Origin: Prorocentrum cordatum
Taxonomy: Eukaryota
NCBI GenBank assembly: GCA_963575745.1
Contig: CAUYUJ010000001.1
Location: 930,001-994,000, forward strand
DNA length: 64,000 nt
Reading direction: 5' to 3'
The position numbers and the translations under genes were made by a program. Numbering within the stretch: the stretch's first letter is position 1; every line of letters starts with the position of its first letter. This document shows positions 1-11,758 of the stretch, one piece after another. Under the pieces are notes generated by a model. The model had not been told where the DNA came from and searched no databases. It saw only the letters and a list, made by a program, of their open reading frames with translations.

Positions 1-64
1 CCGAAGGAGCAGCTCGAGCCCGAACTCCAGGGCTCGCCAGCCATTGAACCCGTCACGCCGACGG

Positions 65-786
65 AGCTGCGTGGCTCCCTGCCGTCGTCTGCTCGTCGGC
101 ACCGCATGTCGTCGTCGTCGTCGTCGTCGCCTCCCGCCTTCCCAACATCATCCCCTGTCATCCTCGCGGTGAAAAAAAAACACGACGGGAGGTGTTTGCC
201 AATTTCAGCCTGCGGGGGCACCTTGCTTGGCCTGGGACCACCAAAAACAGTTCGGGATGCGAAGTTTGTCTTGGGGCAAGGGGTCCAGAACCCTGAGGGT
301 CCACGTCGCGAAAAAAACACGACGTCGGGGTCTGGGTGTCCAGATCTCCGACGAATTAGGGTTTTCATAGATTTGGCCCTTGAGGCCCGCTTTCGGGACA
401 CGGATGAAAAAAATACGACGTCGTAGCTGCGTGGCTCCCTGCCGTCGTCTGCTCGTCGGCACCGCATGTCGTCGTCGTCGTCGTCGTCGCCTCCCGCCTT
501 CCCAACATCATCCCCTGTCATCCTCGCGGTGAAAAAAAAACACGACGGGAGGTGTTTGCCAATTTCAGCCTGCGGGGGCACCTTGCTTGGCCTGGGACCA
601 CCAAAAACAGTTCGGGATGCGAAGTTTGTCTTGGGGCAAGGGGTCCAGAACCCTGAGGGTCCACGTCGCGAAAAAAACACGACGTCGGGGTCTGGGTGTC
701 CAGATCTCCGACGAATTAGGGTTTTCATAGATTTGGCCCTTGAGGCCCGCTTTCGGGACACGGATGAAAAAAATACGACGTCGTAG
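65..786. repeat. Exact tandem duplication with a 360-bp period (2 copies), containing a dispersed repeat (family F)
   Basis: 65-426 is identical to 425-786 (ORFs 106-426 and 466-786 are identical). The internal segment is homologous to ~1965-2135 (+) and ~42225-42335 (-). Confidence 0.95.
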
Positions 787-832
787 GCCTTGTCTCGTGG
801 TGACCTCAGGGGGCCTAGATGGACCAGGGACC

Positions 833-1050
833 TCTCCTCCTTCCTCCTCCTCCTCCTCCTCCTCCTCCTCCTCCACCTGCTCCTCCACCTGCTCCTCCTC
901 CTTCTCCTCCTCCTCCTCCTCCTCCTCCTCCTCCTCCTCCTCCTCCTCCTCCTCCTCCTCCTCCTCTCCTCCTCCTCCCTCCTCCTCCTCCTCCCTCCTC
1001 CTCCTCCCCCTACTCCTCCTCCTCCTCCTCCTCCTCCTCCCCCTCCTCCC
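833..1050. repeat. (CCT)n microsatellite
   Basis: Direct reading. Similar tracts occur at 4154-4231, 16799-16872, 39425-39571 and 48535-48605. Confidence 0.98.
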
Positions 1051-1230
1051 ACGTGGTGAGAAGACGTCACGGCGTCGGAGTTCTGGGCCCCCCCAGGTGG
1101 CCTCTGGCCCCCCCAGGTGGGTTGTCGTCGGCGCCATTTAGTAGGCCGCATCGTCGCAGGGGTGAGGAGGGCTGCAGGAGGGGGAGGGGGCTGGCAGGAG
1201 CGCGACCCACCGGCGCGCCGACCATGGGTC

Positions 1231-1408
1231 AGGGGCAGCGTAAAGGGGGGGATAGGCTCGGGGGGGGAGGCATCGACTCCCAATCGTTCATGGATGCACC
1301 CCGCCCAGAGCCGTGCGGATTTGCTAGTGGTGGCCTATCGCCGATCTGTTGGCGATGTATCGCCGATTTCAGTTCGATGGTTCCCCCCCCCCCTGAGTCG
1401 GTGCCCCT
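1231..1408. mobile_element. MITE family E, copy 1
   Basis: Termini AGGGGCAGCGTAAAGGGGG ... CCCCCTGAGTCGGTGCCCCT. The internal TATCGCCGATC..GGCGATGTATCGCCGATT is shared with 4414-4598 and 45883-46093. Confidence 0.7.
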
Positions 1409-2516
1409 CCTACCGTTCACGCCGACGAGGCGTGGCTCTCCGCCGTCGCTGTCGCCGTTGGTGCCGGCGTCGTCGTCTGTCGGCATCGCAGGTTCGGAAC
1501 GTTTTCTGGTCGTTTGCGGGTGTTCTCGTCGTCGGGGCTGGGCGCAGCTTGCAAATGGCCAAGATGAGCCCGAGGAGGGCAGGGTGATGAGCCATCTGGA
1601 CCGTCCCAGCCCCCGCGAGGTCCCAAGCCGCCCCTCCCCTCCCCCCCCAATACACCCCACCGAACATGACCCAGCTGTGCTCCAGGAAAGTCCTAAGTTA
1701 GCCCCAAAGGGTCTTTAACCCCCCACCCCCCTAAAAAGAATGAAAAATTATAGTTTCTGCGTAGGCTCATTGACGGATTGGAAAGTAATTATTCCCCCGC
1801 GGCAGCCACCGTTAAGAGGATCTCGTCAAGCTGGCCCCCACGCTCCACGATTTCCCTGCTCACGTAAGATCGCCGACGAATGACGTCCTGCCTGTTTCAA
1901 CGCATGGGTCGGCCCATTTGTTCTTGTTGGATTCGCAGGTCCCGTTCCCAGACCCACTCGCGTCTAAAGAAAATCACGGCGGCAGGTTTTCGGCAATGTT
2001 CTGGCTCCAGGGGGCCTCAACACTTCGGGACCTTCCACAAAACGACTCAGCAGGATGAAAAACCTGTCCCCGGAAAGGGGTCCAGACCTCATGGGGCTCC
2101 ACGTTTTGAAAAAACACGACGTCGGGAGTTCGGGCTTGCGGGTCTCAGTGCCCGAAGCGGGCTTCCGAGACGGAGAATGGGCCCACCCACGGCTGCAGTT
2201 TCTTCGCGAGCGCCAGCGTCTCGGCTTATCAAAATGTCCCCGTTGACAGGGCCCTGCAGGTGCTCCATCCCGGACCACTTGTCGATGCCCCCTGGGACCG
2301 ACAACGGCATCCAGACGTCCGCACACGGCAAGAGAAACAGTTGTCTTGATCTCTCCCAGTCGCTGCCAGTATGGGTCCTCTCTCCTGCCCCTCCTCCACC
2401 TCCCCCTTCTCCTCCTCACCCCAGAGTCACCCCCCACCCGGCGTGGCTTGGGAAGAAGATTGCCAGGGAACCCCGGCATGGAGGACGAAAAGCCCTCCAA
2501 TGTTGGTCAGCGCTGA

Positions 2517-3222
2517 CCCCAAGCAGTGAGTTATTGCATCGTGGAGGTGTGAGAGATGTTGTGCAAGCGAAGTTGTGTAAGTTTTGCGGTGTGAGTTTTC
2601 TGGTGCAATGCATGTTGTATAAGCTAAGTGGTGCACGCTACGGTGTGTAAGCTGTGTGGTGTGAGCTACACGGTGTGAGATAGATCGTGTTATCTATGTT
2701 GTGTAAGCTATGCTGCGTTAGCTATGTTGTGTAGGATCTGTCTTGTGATATAGACGGAGTGAATTATGTTGTGCAAGACATGTGGTATCAGCCACGCTAT
2801 GAACTCTGAGCAATGTAAGGTAAGTCGTGCAAGCTATGTTGTGCAAGCTGTGTGGGATGAGCTATCTGGTGGGAGCTATGCGCTGGAAGCTATGAGGCGC
2901 AAGCTATGCGGTGCAAGCCGTGTGCTGCGAGCTATGTGACGGAAGCGAACGGGGCGCTTATGAGGCGCCCACGAGCGGGCACGGGCGCCAACGAGGCGAA
3001 ATGTCGGGAAACCCGGTCAGCGCACGGGGCGCCCACGGGGCGCCCACGAGCGGGAACGGGCGCCAACGCAGCGAATTTGTGTGAAGCCCACCCAGCGCAC
3101 GGGGCGCCCACAAGGCGCCCGCGAGCGGGCACGGGCGCCAACGCGACGAAAATCTGGGAAACCCATCAAATGAAGCAAGACAGCCAGGTCAGAGCCCCTA
3201 AGCGCAAGCATGGTTCGGGGAT
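2517..3222. mobile_element. Non-autonomous element (family H) filled with degenerate AAGCTATG and GGGCGCCCACG repeats
   Basis: The left end CCCCAAGCAGTG is an imperfect inverted match to the right end CATGGTTCGGGG. The right-end motif AGAGCCCCTAAGCGCAAGCATGGTTCGGGGA recurs at 3774-3806, 6036-6068 and 48455-48486. Confidence 0.6.
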
Positions 3223-3252
3223 TCACAACTAATCAGAATTAGCCAGCGCGGA

Positions 3253-3806
3253 CCCCAAAAAGAGAGGTGTTGCACCATGGAGGTGAAAGCTCTGTGTTTT
3301 AAGCTATGTGGTTTAAGCTATGTCGTGTGAGTTAAGTTGTGTGGGCTATGAGAGTCAAAGCTATGCGGCGCGGTCTGAGGTATAAGCTATGCAGTGTCAT
3401 ATACGTGGTGTGAGCCGTGGGTGGAAGCTGGGTTGCGCAAGCTATGCGGGGTAAGATATATAGTGCAAGCTGTGAGGTGTAAGCTATATGGTGCACATTG
3501 CGCCGTGTAAGCGGTGGGGACTATGTGAGGTAAGATGAGCGCGCGGGGCGCCCACGAGCACCCACGAGGTGGCACGGGCGGCAAAGTGGCGCAACCTGGT
3601 CTGACCTACTCAGCGAACGGGCCGCCCACGACGCGGCACGGAGCGGCAGAGCGGCGCAACCTCAGCGGACCCACCCAGCGCGCGGGGGGCCCACGAGCGC
3701 CCATGAGGCGGCACGCGACGGCAACGTGGAAAATCATCGACCGACCCGTCAAGTTACCCAGGGGGCATAAGTAAGAACCCCTAAGTTCAAGCGCTCTTTG
3801 AGTAAA
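3253..3806. mobile_element. Family H element, second adjacent copy
   Basis: Same internal AAGCTATG and GCGCCCACG repeats as 2517-3222, and the same terminal motif. Confidence 0.6.
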
Positions 3807-4413
3807 AAGCCTGATCGGCTAACCTCGATTCTCCTCCTGCATGGCTGCTTCGGGGACGCTTTAGCTGCGTCCGCGGTGAGAGTTTTTGGGCTTCCGCTGG
3901 CAGTTTCCAGTTTTTCTATGTTGTCAACGATGTTTCGGGTTCTAGAAACTTGTAGATACTGGGCCGACGGCAGGTCCGAAATTCGCAGCAAATTCGCGGC
4001 CCGGGTCTTCCCATCGCGTTGCGATGTATGTCTTCTCCGACAGTGCACGTGTTCCGGTGTGCCAGTTCGTCCGCGAGAAGAGAAGATGTGTGGGCCCTGG
4101 GGCGTTTGTGTGATCAAGAGGTGGATATCTGCCGCGATGGGCGTCTGACCGTATCCTCCTCCTCCTCCTCCTCCTCCTCCTCCTCCTCCTCCTCCTCCTC
4201 CTCCTCCTCCTCCTCCTCCTCCTCCTCCTCCTAGGCGCGAGTCCTGCTAACGGGTGGTCGGTGGGCAGCGGTGGGCTGCGGTGCCGCGGCCCCCCTGCCT
4301 CCCGACTGGCCCGCTATGCGACCAGGCTTTCCGCATCCTGAGGCCTCCTTGCCTCTTGCTTTCCAAGGGCAGCGCGTCGATTCAGGCACTGCCTCTCGGC
4401 CAGGTATATCCTT

Positions 4414-4598
4414 CGGGGGCAACGTTCCGGGGACCCCCGAACGCCCATTCAACGCCTATTTGGGCCAGATAGCCCACCCCTCCCAGGAACGCGCGGGGTC
4501 GCTCCCCGGACTCCTGACGCCGACCTATCGGCGACGTATCGCGGATTCTGGGTCGACGTTCCCCCCCCCTTAGGCCAGTCCCCCCGAACGTTGCCCCG
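4414..4598. mobile_element. MITE family E, copy 2
   Basis: TIR CGGGGGCAACGTTCCGGGG ... CCCCCCGAACGTTGCCCCG, with internal homology to 1231-1408 and 45883-46093. Confidence 0.75.
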
Positions 4599-4610
4599 CA
4601 TTCTTCCTCC

Positions 4611-4785
4611 CCTGAGATCCGACGACGCGTAAAATTAACAACATCGTGAAAAATCACGACCAGAGCCCTGGATCCAATCTTTCTGCTCCATTTTCCGAGC
4701 CTGATCGATCTGCGAGGGTCCAGGGGCCCGAAATGATGCCATCATCATGTCCGACTCGAACGGATGACGACGTCAGGATCTCAGG
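4611..4785 (-). mobile_element. MITE/Introner family B, in inverted orientation
   Basis: TIRs CCTGAGATCCGACG (4611) and CGTCAGGATCTCAGG (4771-4785). The body is the reverse complement of 41979-42153. Confidence 0.8.
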
Positions 4786-5233
4786 GTTCTCCTCGCAGCA
4801 TCCCGCCGCGAGAGGAGCAGTCACTCTCGCACAGCCAGTTCTGCCGCGCGCTCCGGCATGCCGCCGGGAGGGCGGCGGAGAAGGCCTCGGGAGCGTCCAA
4901 GAATGGAGTGATGTCTGGGGGGCTGCTCAAGACGTCATGGCTCCCTCCCCTCATTCCAGTACGTCCCCGGGTCCCCCACTCGGCCGCGCACGTTTTTCCG
5001 TCGGCGGCGAGGCTGAGGCACAGCACCAGCGAGCAGGCTGAACGGGGGCGCCGTTGTCGCGAACTGGCCAGCACGTGCCTCGGGCCCTGGACGCCCCGCC
5101 TCCCTCGGACGCCCCCGAGAGGCCGCGGCGGGCCGGGCCCCGGAGCGCCCGCGGCAGCCGCAGGAGGTGGAGCGGCGCCCTCAGCCTGCGCGGGGGGCGC
5201 CCGCTCACCACCGCCCCGGGTCTCCGACGACGT

Positions 5234-5379
<146 letters not shown>

Positions 5380-5629
5380 TGTGGCCACGACCGCGACGGT
5401 GGCGGTGGCGGCCAGCGTCCATCCTCAGCCACTGTCTCTGGCCAGCCCCGCTGGAAGAGCCTCGGCATGGGCGCCCTAGGCCCTAGCATACCTTACCACG
5501 CCTCCTTACTATATGGGTTGTCTGTAGTGGCCCTGGTTCTGCTTGTTCTTGAGTTCTCGCTCTTGAAGAATAATATTTCATTGCACCACAGAACAACCTC
5601 AATCAGCGGATGGGTCGAAACTTAATATT

Positions 5630-6068
5630 ATGAATATTGAAACCGATTGTGAGAACGATAGTGAGATCGACCGTGGTACCGATAGCGAGGACGATTGTAA
5701 GGTCGATCGCGAGACCGAGAGTGAAGTCGATGCAATGAGATCGATAGTGAGAGCGATCGTGAGATCGCTCGTGCGATCTATAATGAAATTGCTTGTGAGA
5801 TCGATGGTGAGATCGATGGTGAGATCGATAGAAGGGTGGGTACTTAATGAGATCGATGGTGACACCGATCGATAAGAAGATTGACCAGGAACCCAGGAAC
5901 CCGGAAACTCCGCCGCCCACCGAAATCGGCCCAGAACCCGGAGCGGGGAACCCAGGATCCGGGACTTAGGACTCCGGAACCCGGCCGCCTACCGAAATCG
6001 GCCCGGAACTTTAGCTAAATCTTTCAACATCCGCTAGGACCCCTTTAGTGCAAGCATTGATTGGGGAA
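5630..6068. repeat. Degenerate GATCGATGGTGA and CCCGGAAC repeats ending in the family H terminal motif
   Basis: Roughly 12-bp GATC-rich units at 5650-5875; terminal AGGACCCCTTTAGTGCAAGCATTGATTGGGGAA at 6036-6068. Confidence 0.7.
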
Positions 6069-7079
6069 TGATCGCCTCCATTGGTGCACACTGTGTTTTC
6101 TCAATTCAAGTGCCCCCTCGGGGCTCGCAACCTGTTGTTATTAAGGAAAGTGTTCCTGCTCAAACTGTGTTGGTGGGCCCTGCTTTACAGCAGCAGCAAC
6201 AACAACAACAGCAACAGCATCAGCAACAACAACAATCATCGCTTTATGACTGTTCGCTCTTATTTGCTTGCGTGCCAGTCAACACGTAAATCCCAGACCC
6301 TCGATACCCACCCTCTTCGTCTTCGATCGCACCCCCCTGGGTGTATATTTTTCTTACCTGCAGCGTGTGTTTCATGCAGCCGCTCCGGCAGGGGAAGGGA
6401 GGACGGATGGAAGGAAAGGACGAGGGGGAAGGAGGATGGAGCACGAGAAAGAATAGCAGGAGGGGGGCCAGGAACAGAAAACACGTGGCAGGACCAGACG
6501 GGCAGACTGGGCGGGTAGACCCTAACGGGCGGGTCGGGAAGACGGGCCCAGGCGGCCAGGTCGAGCAGGCGGGTTGTTGAGGCGTGCGTCCTGCATGAAT
6601 CTGAATCGCGAGTCTCGAGCGATAGCGCGGTTCCCAAGTAAATCGTGAGATAGACCAAAGCCAGAAGCCAGAGCGTGATTCTTGAGTGTCGACGGAGTGG
6701 CGTCTGAATAAATTGCGAGGAGATCCCACAAGAAAGCGCGATTCCTGCATGCATTGTGAGGACGTCCCGCGAGAGCGCGATTTGGGAATAAATGGTAAGG
6801 ATACATCAGGCGGGAGCTGATGTTGTCGTAACTCAAGGGCCAGGGGGCCACTTCTGAGACCCAAGACTTTCCGCGAGAAGAAACACAGTGCGAGCCCCGC
6901 TAAGGGCAATTCAATTGAAACATACAATGCGCCTGGAGGGGTGATCAACCATCAGTATTAGTCGGTAGCGTGGGCTTAACAACAACAACAACAACAGCAA
7001 CAACAACAATCAGTTTAAGACGGTTCGCTCTTATCTCCTCGAGTGTCATTCAACGTGTATTTCCCATACCGTCGAGACG

Positions 7080-7762
7080 GGCAGCGAAGGGGCCACAACG
7101 GACGATAATGGGGCCACGAAGGACATGCACATGGAGCCATTACGGGCGCGAACGAACCGGGGCCACGAAGCGCATGCGCATACTGGGCCGCAGAGGGCAA
7201 GGACGGGGCCACTGAGAGCAGCGACGGGACCACGAAAGGCAGCGAAAGGGGCACGAAGGGCGACAGCGGGGCCACGACGCGCATGCATATGGAGCCACGA
7301 CGGGCGCGAACGAGCGGGGACCACGAAGGGCATACATATATAAGGCAACGGGGCCACAAAGGGCTGCAACGGGGCCACGAAGGGCAGCGGGGGGGCGCGA
7401 AGGGCGACAGCGGGGCCACGAAGGGCAGCGAGGGGGCCAAGAACGGTTGCAACGGGGCCACGAAGGGCAACGAGGGGGCCACGGACGGCTGCAACAGGGC
7501 CACGAAGGGCAGCGAGGGCGCCACAGAAGGCTGCAACAGGGCCACGAAGGGCAGCGAGGGGACCACGACAGGCTGCAACGGGGCCACGGAGGGCAGCGAG
7601 GGGGCCACGACAGGCTGCAACGGGGCCACGAAGGGCAGCGAGGAGGCCACGAAGGGTTTCAACGGGGCCACGAAGGGCAGCGAGGGGGCTACGAAGGGCT
7701 GCAGCGGGGCCACGAAGGGCCGCGAAGGGGCCACGAAGCGTTGCAACGGGGCCACGAAGGGC
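7080..7762. repeat. GGGGCCACGAAGGGC-based minisatellite (~18/21-bp alternating units, ~39-bp period)
   Basis: Direct reading; it produces the artefactual GATKGSE/CNGATKG ORFs. Confidence 0.95.
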
Positions 7763-8387
7763 GGCGAGATCTTGATTCCGAAATAAACTGCGGGGGAGTC
7801 CTAAGCGTGAGCGCGACTCCTGGGTGCCTCAGTGTCGGGGGCGCGGTGTTTGAGTGAATGGCGGGAACAAGCGAGAGCAATTCCTAAGTAAAAAGCGAGG
7901 AAGTCTCGGACGGGAGCGGGGGTCCTGGCTAAGTTTTGAGGAAGTATCAGGCGGGAGCCGCTGTTGTAATCCAGGGGCCAGGGGCGCAGTGTGAGCCAAG
8001 TGATTTGCCCTGACAAACAACAGGGTGCGAGCACCGGGGGAAGTCCTTCATTTGAAAAAAACACCATGGTCACCAGAGGGGGGATCAACAATAGTCATTC
8101 CTCAGTACTGAGAGTTCAACAACAACAACAACAACAACAATTACTAGCACGCGGGGACACTCCGTTCTCACCAGTGCCAGGGTTTTCATAGGAGGCGGGC
8201 AATACCCCCACTTTGTGGGGTGGCCGGTTCAAGCTCTACCACATTTCCAAACGACTCTTCGCCACCACCCACACCCAGCTTCCCGCCCTATGACGTTCGG
8301 ACACTTCACTTCGTGGCCTGCGGACGACCGTGGCTACTACACTGGCGCATGGGTACAGTGACTTGTTGTGGTAACATTTTCTGTAAG

Positions 8388-8591
8388 CTAGCTTAGTATA
8401 CGACTTTTCCCCCTGTTCCACTGGACAACCCGATACTTGCCCCACCAAGTCTTGCACGCCTGGTGACTGGCCTGGATACCCTTTGCATCGAGCGCCTGAT
8501 GCAAATGATACGGGCTGCCGCAGTCAGCCAAGGGAGGCCGCGACAGCTCTGGGCCATACTGGTCGTCAAGGGCTTTCGCCGACAAAGCCAT
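8388..8591 (-). pseudogene. Short ORF (67 aa, MALSAKALDDQYGPELSRPPLADCGSPYHLHQALDAKGIQASHQACKTWWGKYRV...) downstream of a relic spliced leader; probable retroposed mRNA 5' fragment
   Basis: The ATG at 8591-8589 lies 26 nt downstream of the DinoSL-like 22-mer. The sequence is high-complexity and protein-like, and the block is flanked by an 18-bp direct repeat. Confidence 0.6.
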
Positions 8592-8617
8592 GACCCATCC
8601 AAGAACACAGGCGATAC

Positions 8618-8639
8618 CTTGATCCGAGATGGCTACGGA
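8618..8639 (-). other. Relic dinoflagellate spliced leader (DinoSL)
   Basis: The minus strand reads TCCGTAGCCATCTCGGATCAAG against the consensus DCCGTAGCCATTTTGGCTCAAG: 19/22 identical, ungapped. Confidence 0.85.
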
Positions 8640-8704
8640 TGTGACAGTGATCAGTGATTTTGTTCGATGACGTGGTGACGCACGGACTTGTTGTGGTAAC
8701 ATGC

Positions 8705-8735
<31 letters not shown>

Positions 8736-10325
8736 ACGACGCGCGCATGTGTCCCGCATGGTATTTTTTGCAAGGGATTGTAGCCCCTGGCAGGCGCGCG
8801 GACGCCGTTGAATGCGAAAGTAGCTCGCGCGAGCTCATGTAACATAAATGTTGAAAAACCATTTGTTTTTAACGATTCGGACAGCGCGCGCGGGTAGAAA
8901 TTTGGAAAATCCGTGCACGTGTTTTTCGAGGACCTATGGTGCGATTCGTGCGATTTTATGATACGCGGTGCTGAATTTCTTAAGAAACCCAATGGTATTG
9001 GAAGATTTCGGCGTGCGCGCGCGAAGAAAAAACGAATGTGTACCATATGGTATTATTTGACAGGGATGATGGCCCTGGCATGCGCGCAACCGTTGTTGCA
9101 GAAGTTCGAAGCACGCGAAAAAGTTGCTCGCAAGAGCCCGTTTGACAGAAATGTTGAAAAAATATTGGGTTTCCTCAGAAATCCGCAAGAGCGCGCGGGA
9201 TGAATGTTTGAAATTTGTTTTTGAAAAACCATTGGGTTGTTCATGTTTTTATGTTAAAATCGCTACGAAAACTAAGGTTTTGGAAGGATTTCATCTTGCG
9301 CGCGCGAGTGTGCACTTCGTGTCATTTTTTGCAAAGGATTCTTGAAGTTTGGTTATGTTAGAACAAGACATGTCATTTTATATTGTTTTTTGACAGGGAA
9401 AGCGGGCGTCAACAAAACAACCGGATCTGGATCACATCGTTTTGCCTGAGACTTCCTCACGAAAATTATGAAAATGAGGCTGCGGCCTAGGCGCGGCGAG
9501 GGGGCCATGCACCAGGGGCCCCAACAATAATTATTCTTTAGAAATAATAATGTTCAACAACAATTACTAGCACGTGGGGACACTCCGTTCTCACCAGTGC
9601 CAGGGTTTTCATAGGAGGCGGGCAATACCCCCACTTTGTGGGGGGGCCGGTTCAAGCTCTACCAAATTTCCAAACGACTCTTCGCCACCACCCACACCCA
9701 GCTTCCCGCCCTATGACGTTCGGACACTTCACTTCGTGGCATGCGGACGACCGTGGCTACTATTCAGGGCCCCGCGGCCGACGACGACGGCGTGCGCGCG
9801 CGAAGAAAAAACGAATGTGTCCCGCATGGTATTATTTGACAGGGATGATGGCCCTGGCAGGTGCGCAACCGTTGTTGCAGAAGTTCGAAAAAGTTGCTCG
9901 CAAAAGCCCGTTTGACAGAAATGTTTAAAAAGTGTTGGGTTTCCTACGAATCCGCAAGAGCGCGCGGGATGAAATTTTGACAATTTTTTTTGAAAAACCA
10001 TTGGTTTTTTGATGTTTTTATGTTAAAATCGCTACGAAAACTAAGGTTTTGGAAGGATTTCGTCTTGCGCGCGCGAATGTCCACTTTACCTTATTTTTTG
10101 CAAGGGATTCTTGAAGTTTGGTTATGTTAGAACAAGAAATGTCCACTTTAGCTTATTTTTTGCAAGGGAAAACCGATCGTAACAACACAACCGGATCCGG
10201 ACCAACCCGTTTTGCCTGAGACTTCCTCACGAAAATGATGAAAACGTGGCTGCGGCCTAGGCGCGGCGGGGGGGTCGTGCACCAGGGGCCCCAACAATAA
10301 TTATTCTTTAGAAGTAATAATGTTC

Positions 10326-10369
<44 letters not shown>

Positions 10370-10589
10370 CCAATTTACCGTCATGCGCGATGTTTCCACA
10401 CGAAACAGGCGACCATCATGATAACCATCCACATCATAGGGGGATTTTTGTTCTATAGCGGGGCCCATTATTCCCATTCCCAGATCTCCCGCCCAACGAG
10501 GTCTTGCAAACACCTCCTCCGAGGAATTTCAACATTTCCCGCCTCGAAAACACATGCCAGCGCCTTGCTGCGCCGATGCGAGACCGCCA

Positions 10590-11640
10590 GTGGAACCAGC
10601 GAAGGGTAAAGCACAAGGAAGTATCGAACGACAGGATTGCCTTGGTGGGGATGGGGGCTGTCGGCGGTCAGGCAAGGACTTGGCCCTGAATAGAAAGGGA
10701 GGAAGTCTCGAGCAGGGCTGCTGTTGTTGTTGGGAGCGGCGCCAATGCTGAAGAGAGTAGGGCGCTAGTCCAGCGTAAAACAAAACGAAATCTCGAGCGG
10801 GAACGCTGGTTTTGTTGGGACGGCGGCTTTCGGCGGCGAGGAGGAACACCGCTTTGAGTAAGAGAGGAGGAATCATCGAGCGGGAGCCGTGGTTTTGTCG
10901 GGACGCGGGCTGTCGGCGGCGAGGAACAGCACCGTCCCGAGGAAGAAGAAGGAAAGAAATCTCGAGCGGGAGCGTCGTTCTTGCTGGGAGCGGCGCCAAT
11001 TCAAAAGAGAGTCGGGCGCCAGTCCAGCGTAAAACGGAAGGAAGTCTCGGGCGGGAGCGCTGGTGTTGTCGGGGCGGCGGTTTTCGGCGGCGAGTAGCAA
11101 CACCGCCATGAGTAAGAAGGGAGGAAGCATCGAGCGAGAGCCGTGGTTTTGTCGGGATGGGGGTTGTCGGCGGCGACGAACAGCACCATCTTCAGCAAAA
11201 AGGGGGGAAACCTCGAGCGGGAGCGTCGTTCTTGTTGGGACCGGCGCCAATTCAAAAGAGAGTCGGGCGCCAGTCCAGCGTAAAACGGAAGGAAGTCTCG
11301 GGCGGGAACGCTGGTTTTGTCGGGGCGGCGGTTTCGGCGGCGAGGAGGAGCACCGCCTTGAGTAAAAATGGGGGGAGTCCTCGAGCGGGAGCGTTGTTTT
11401 TGCTGGGAGCGGCGCCGATGAGAGAAAGACTAGCGCGCCAGTCCAAGGTAAAACTGGAGGAAATCTCGAGCAGGAGCGCTGGTTTTGTTAGGACGGCGGC
11501 TTTCGGCGGCGAGCAGGAACACCAGCCCTGAGTAAAAAAGGGGCAGTCTCGAGCGGGAGCGTTGTTGTTGTTGGGGGGCCGGTTTTGGCGGTCCCCCAAA
11601 CCGCTCGAGCGTGAGCCTCATGTTCAATGAACATGTAGCC
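10590..11640. repeat. Degenerate tandem repeat (~75-90 bp units with CTCGAGCGGGAGC...CGGCGGCGAG core and higher-order structure)
   Basis: Recurrent CTCGAGCGGGAG, GGTTTTGTCGGG and TCGGCGGCGAG motifs; 10961-11060 is nearly identical to 11211-11310. Confidence 0.85.
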
Positions 11641-11716
11641 GGCGCCTCGGCGAGAGCGCCAGGGCGCCTGTAAGGAGTCCAACAATATTATTTTTTAGTT
11701 GGTAGCACTAAGTAAT

Positions 11717-11758
<42 letters not shown>

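Larger units (their letters stand above)
8141..10324 (+). repeat. Two related copies of one (CAA)n-delimited element (8141-9554 and 9564-10324)
   Basis: Both begin TTACTAGCACG.GGGGACACTCCGTTCTCACCAG and end GGGGCCCCAACAATAATTATTCTTTAGAA. Copy 1 has an extra insertion and an internal duplication. Confidence 0.9.

Noticed and set aside
7015..7857. Repeat proteins (GATKGSE / VAPLQP)
   Set aside because: This is a minisatellite open in several frames on both strands, lying inside a repeat element.
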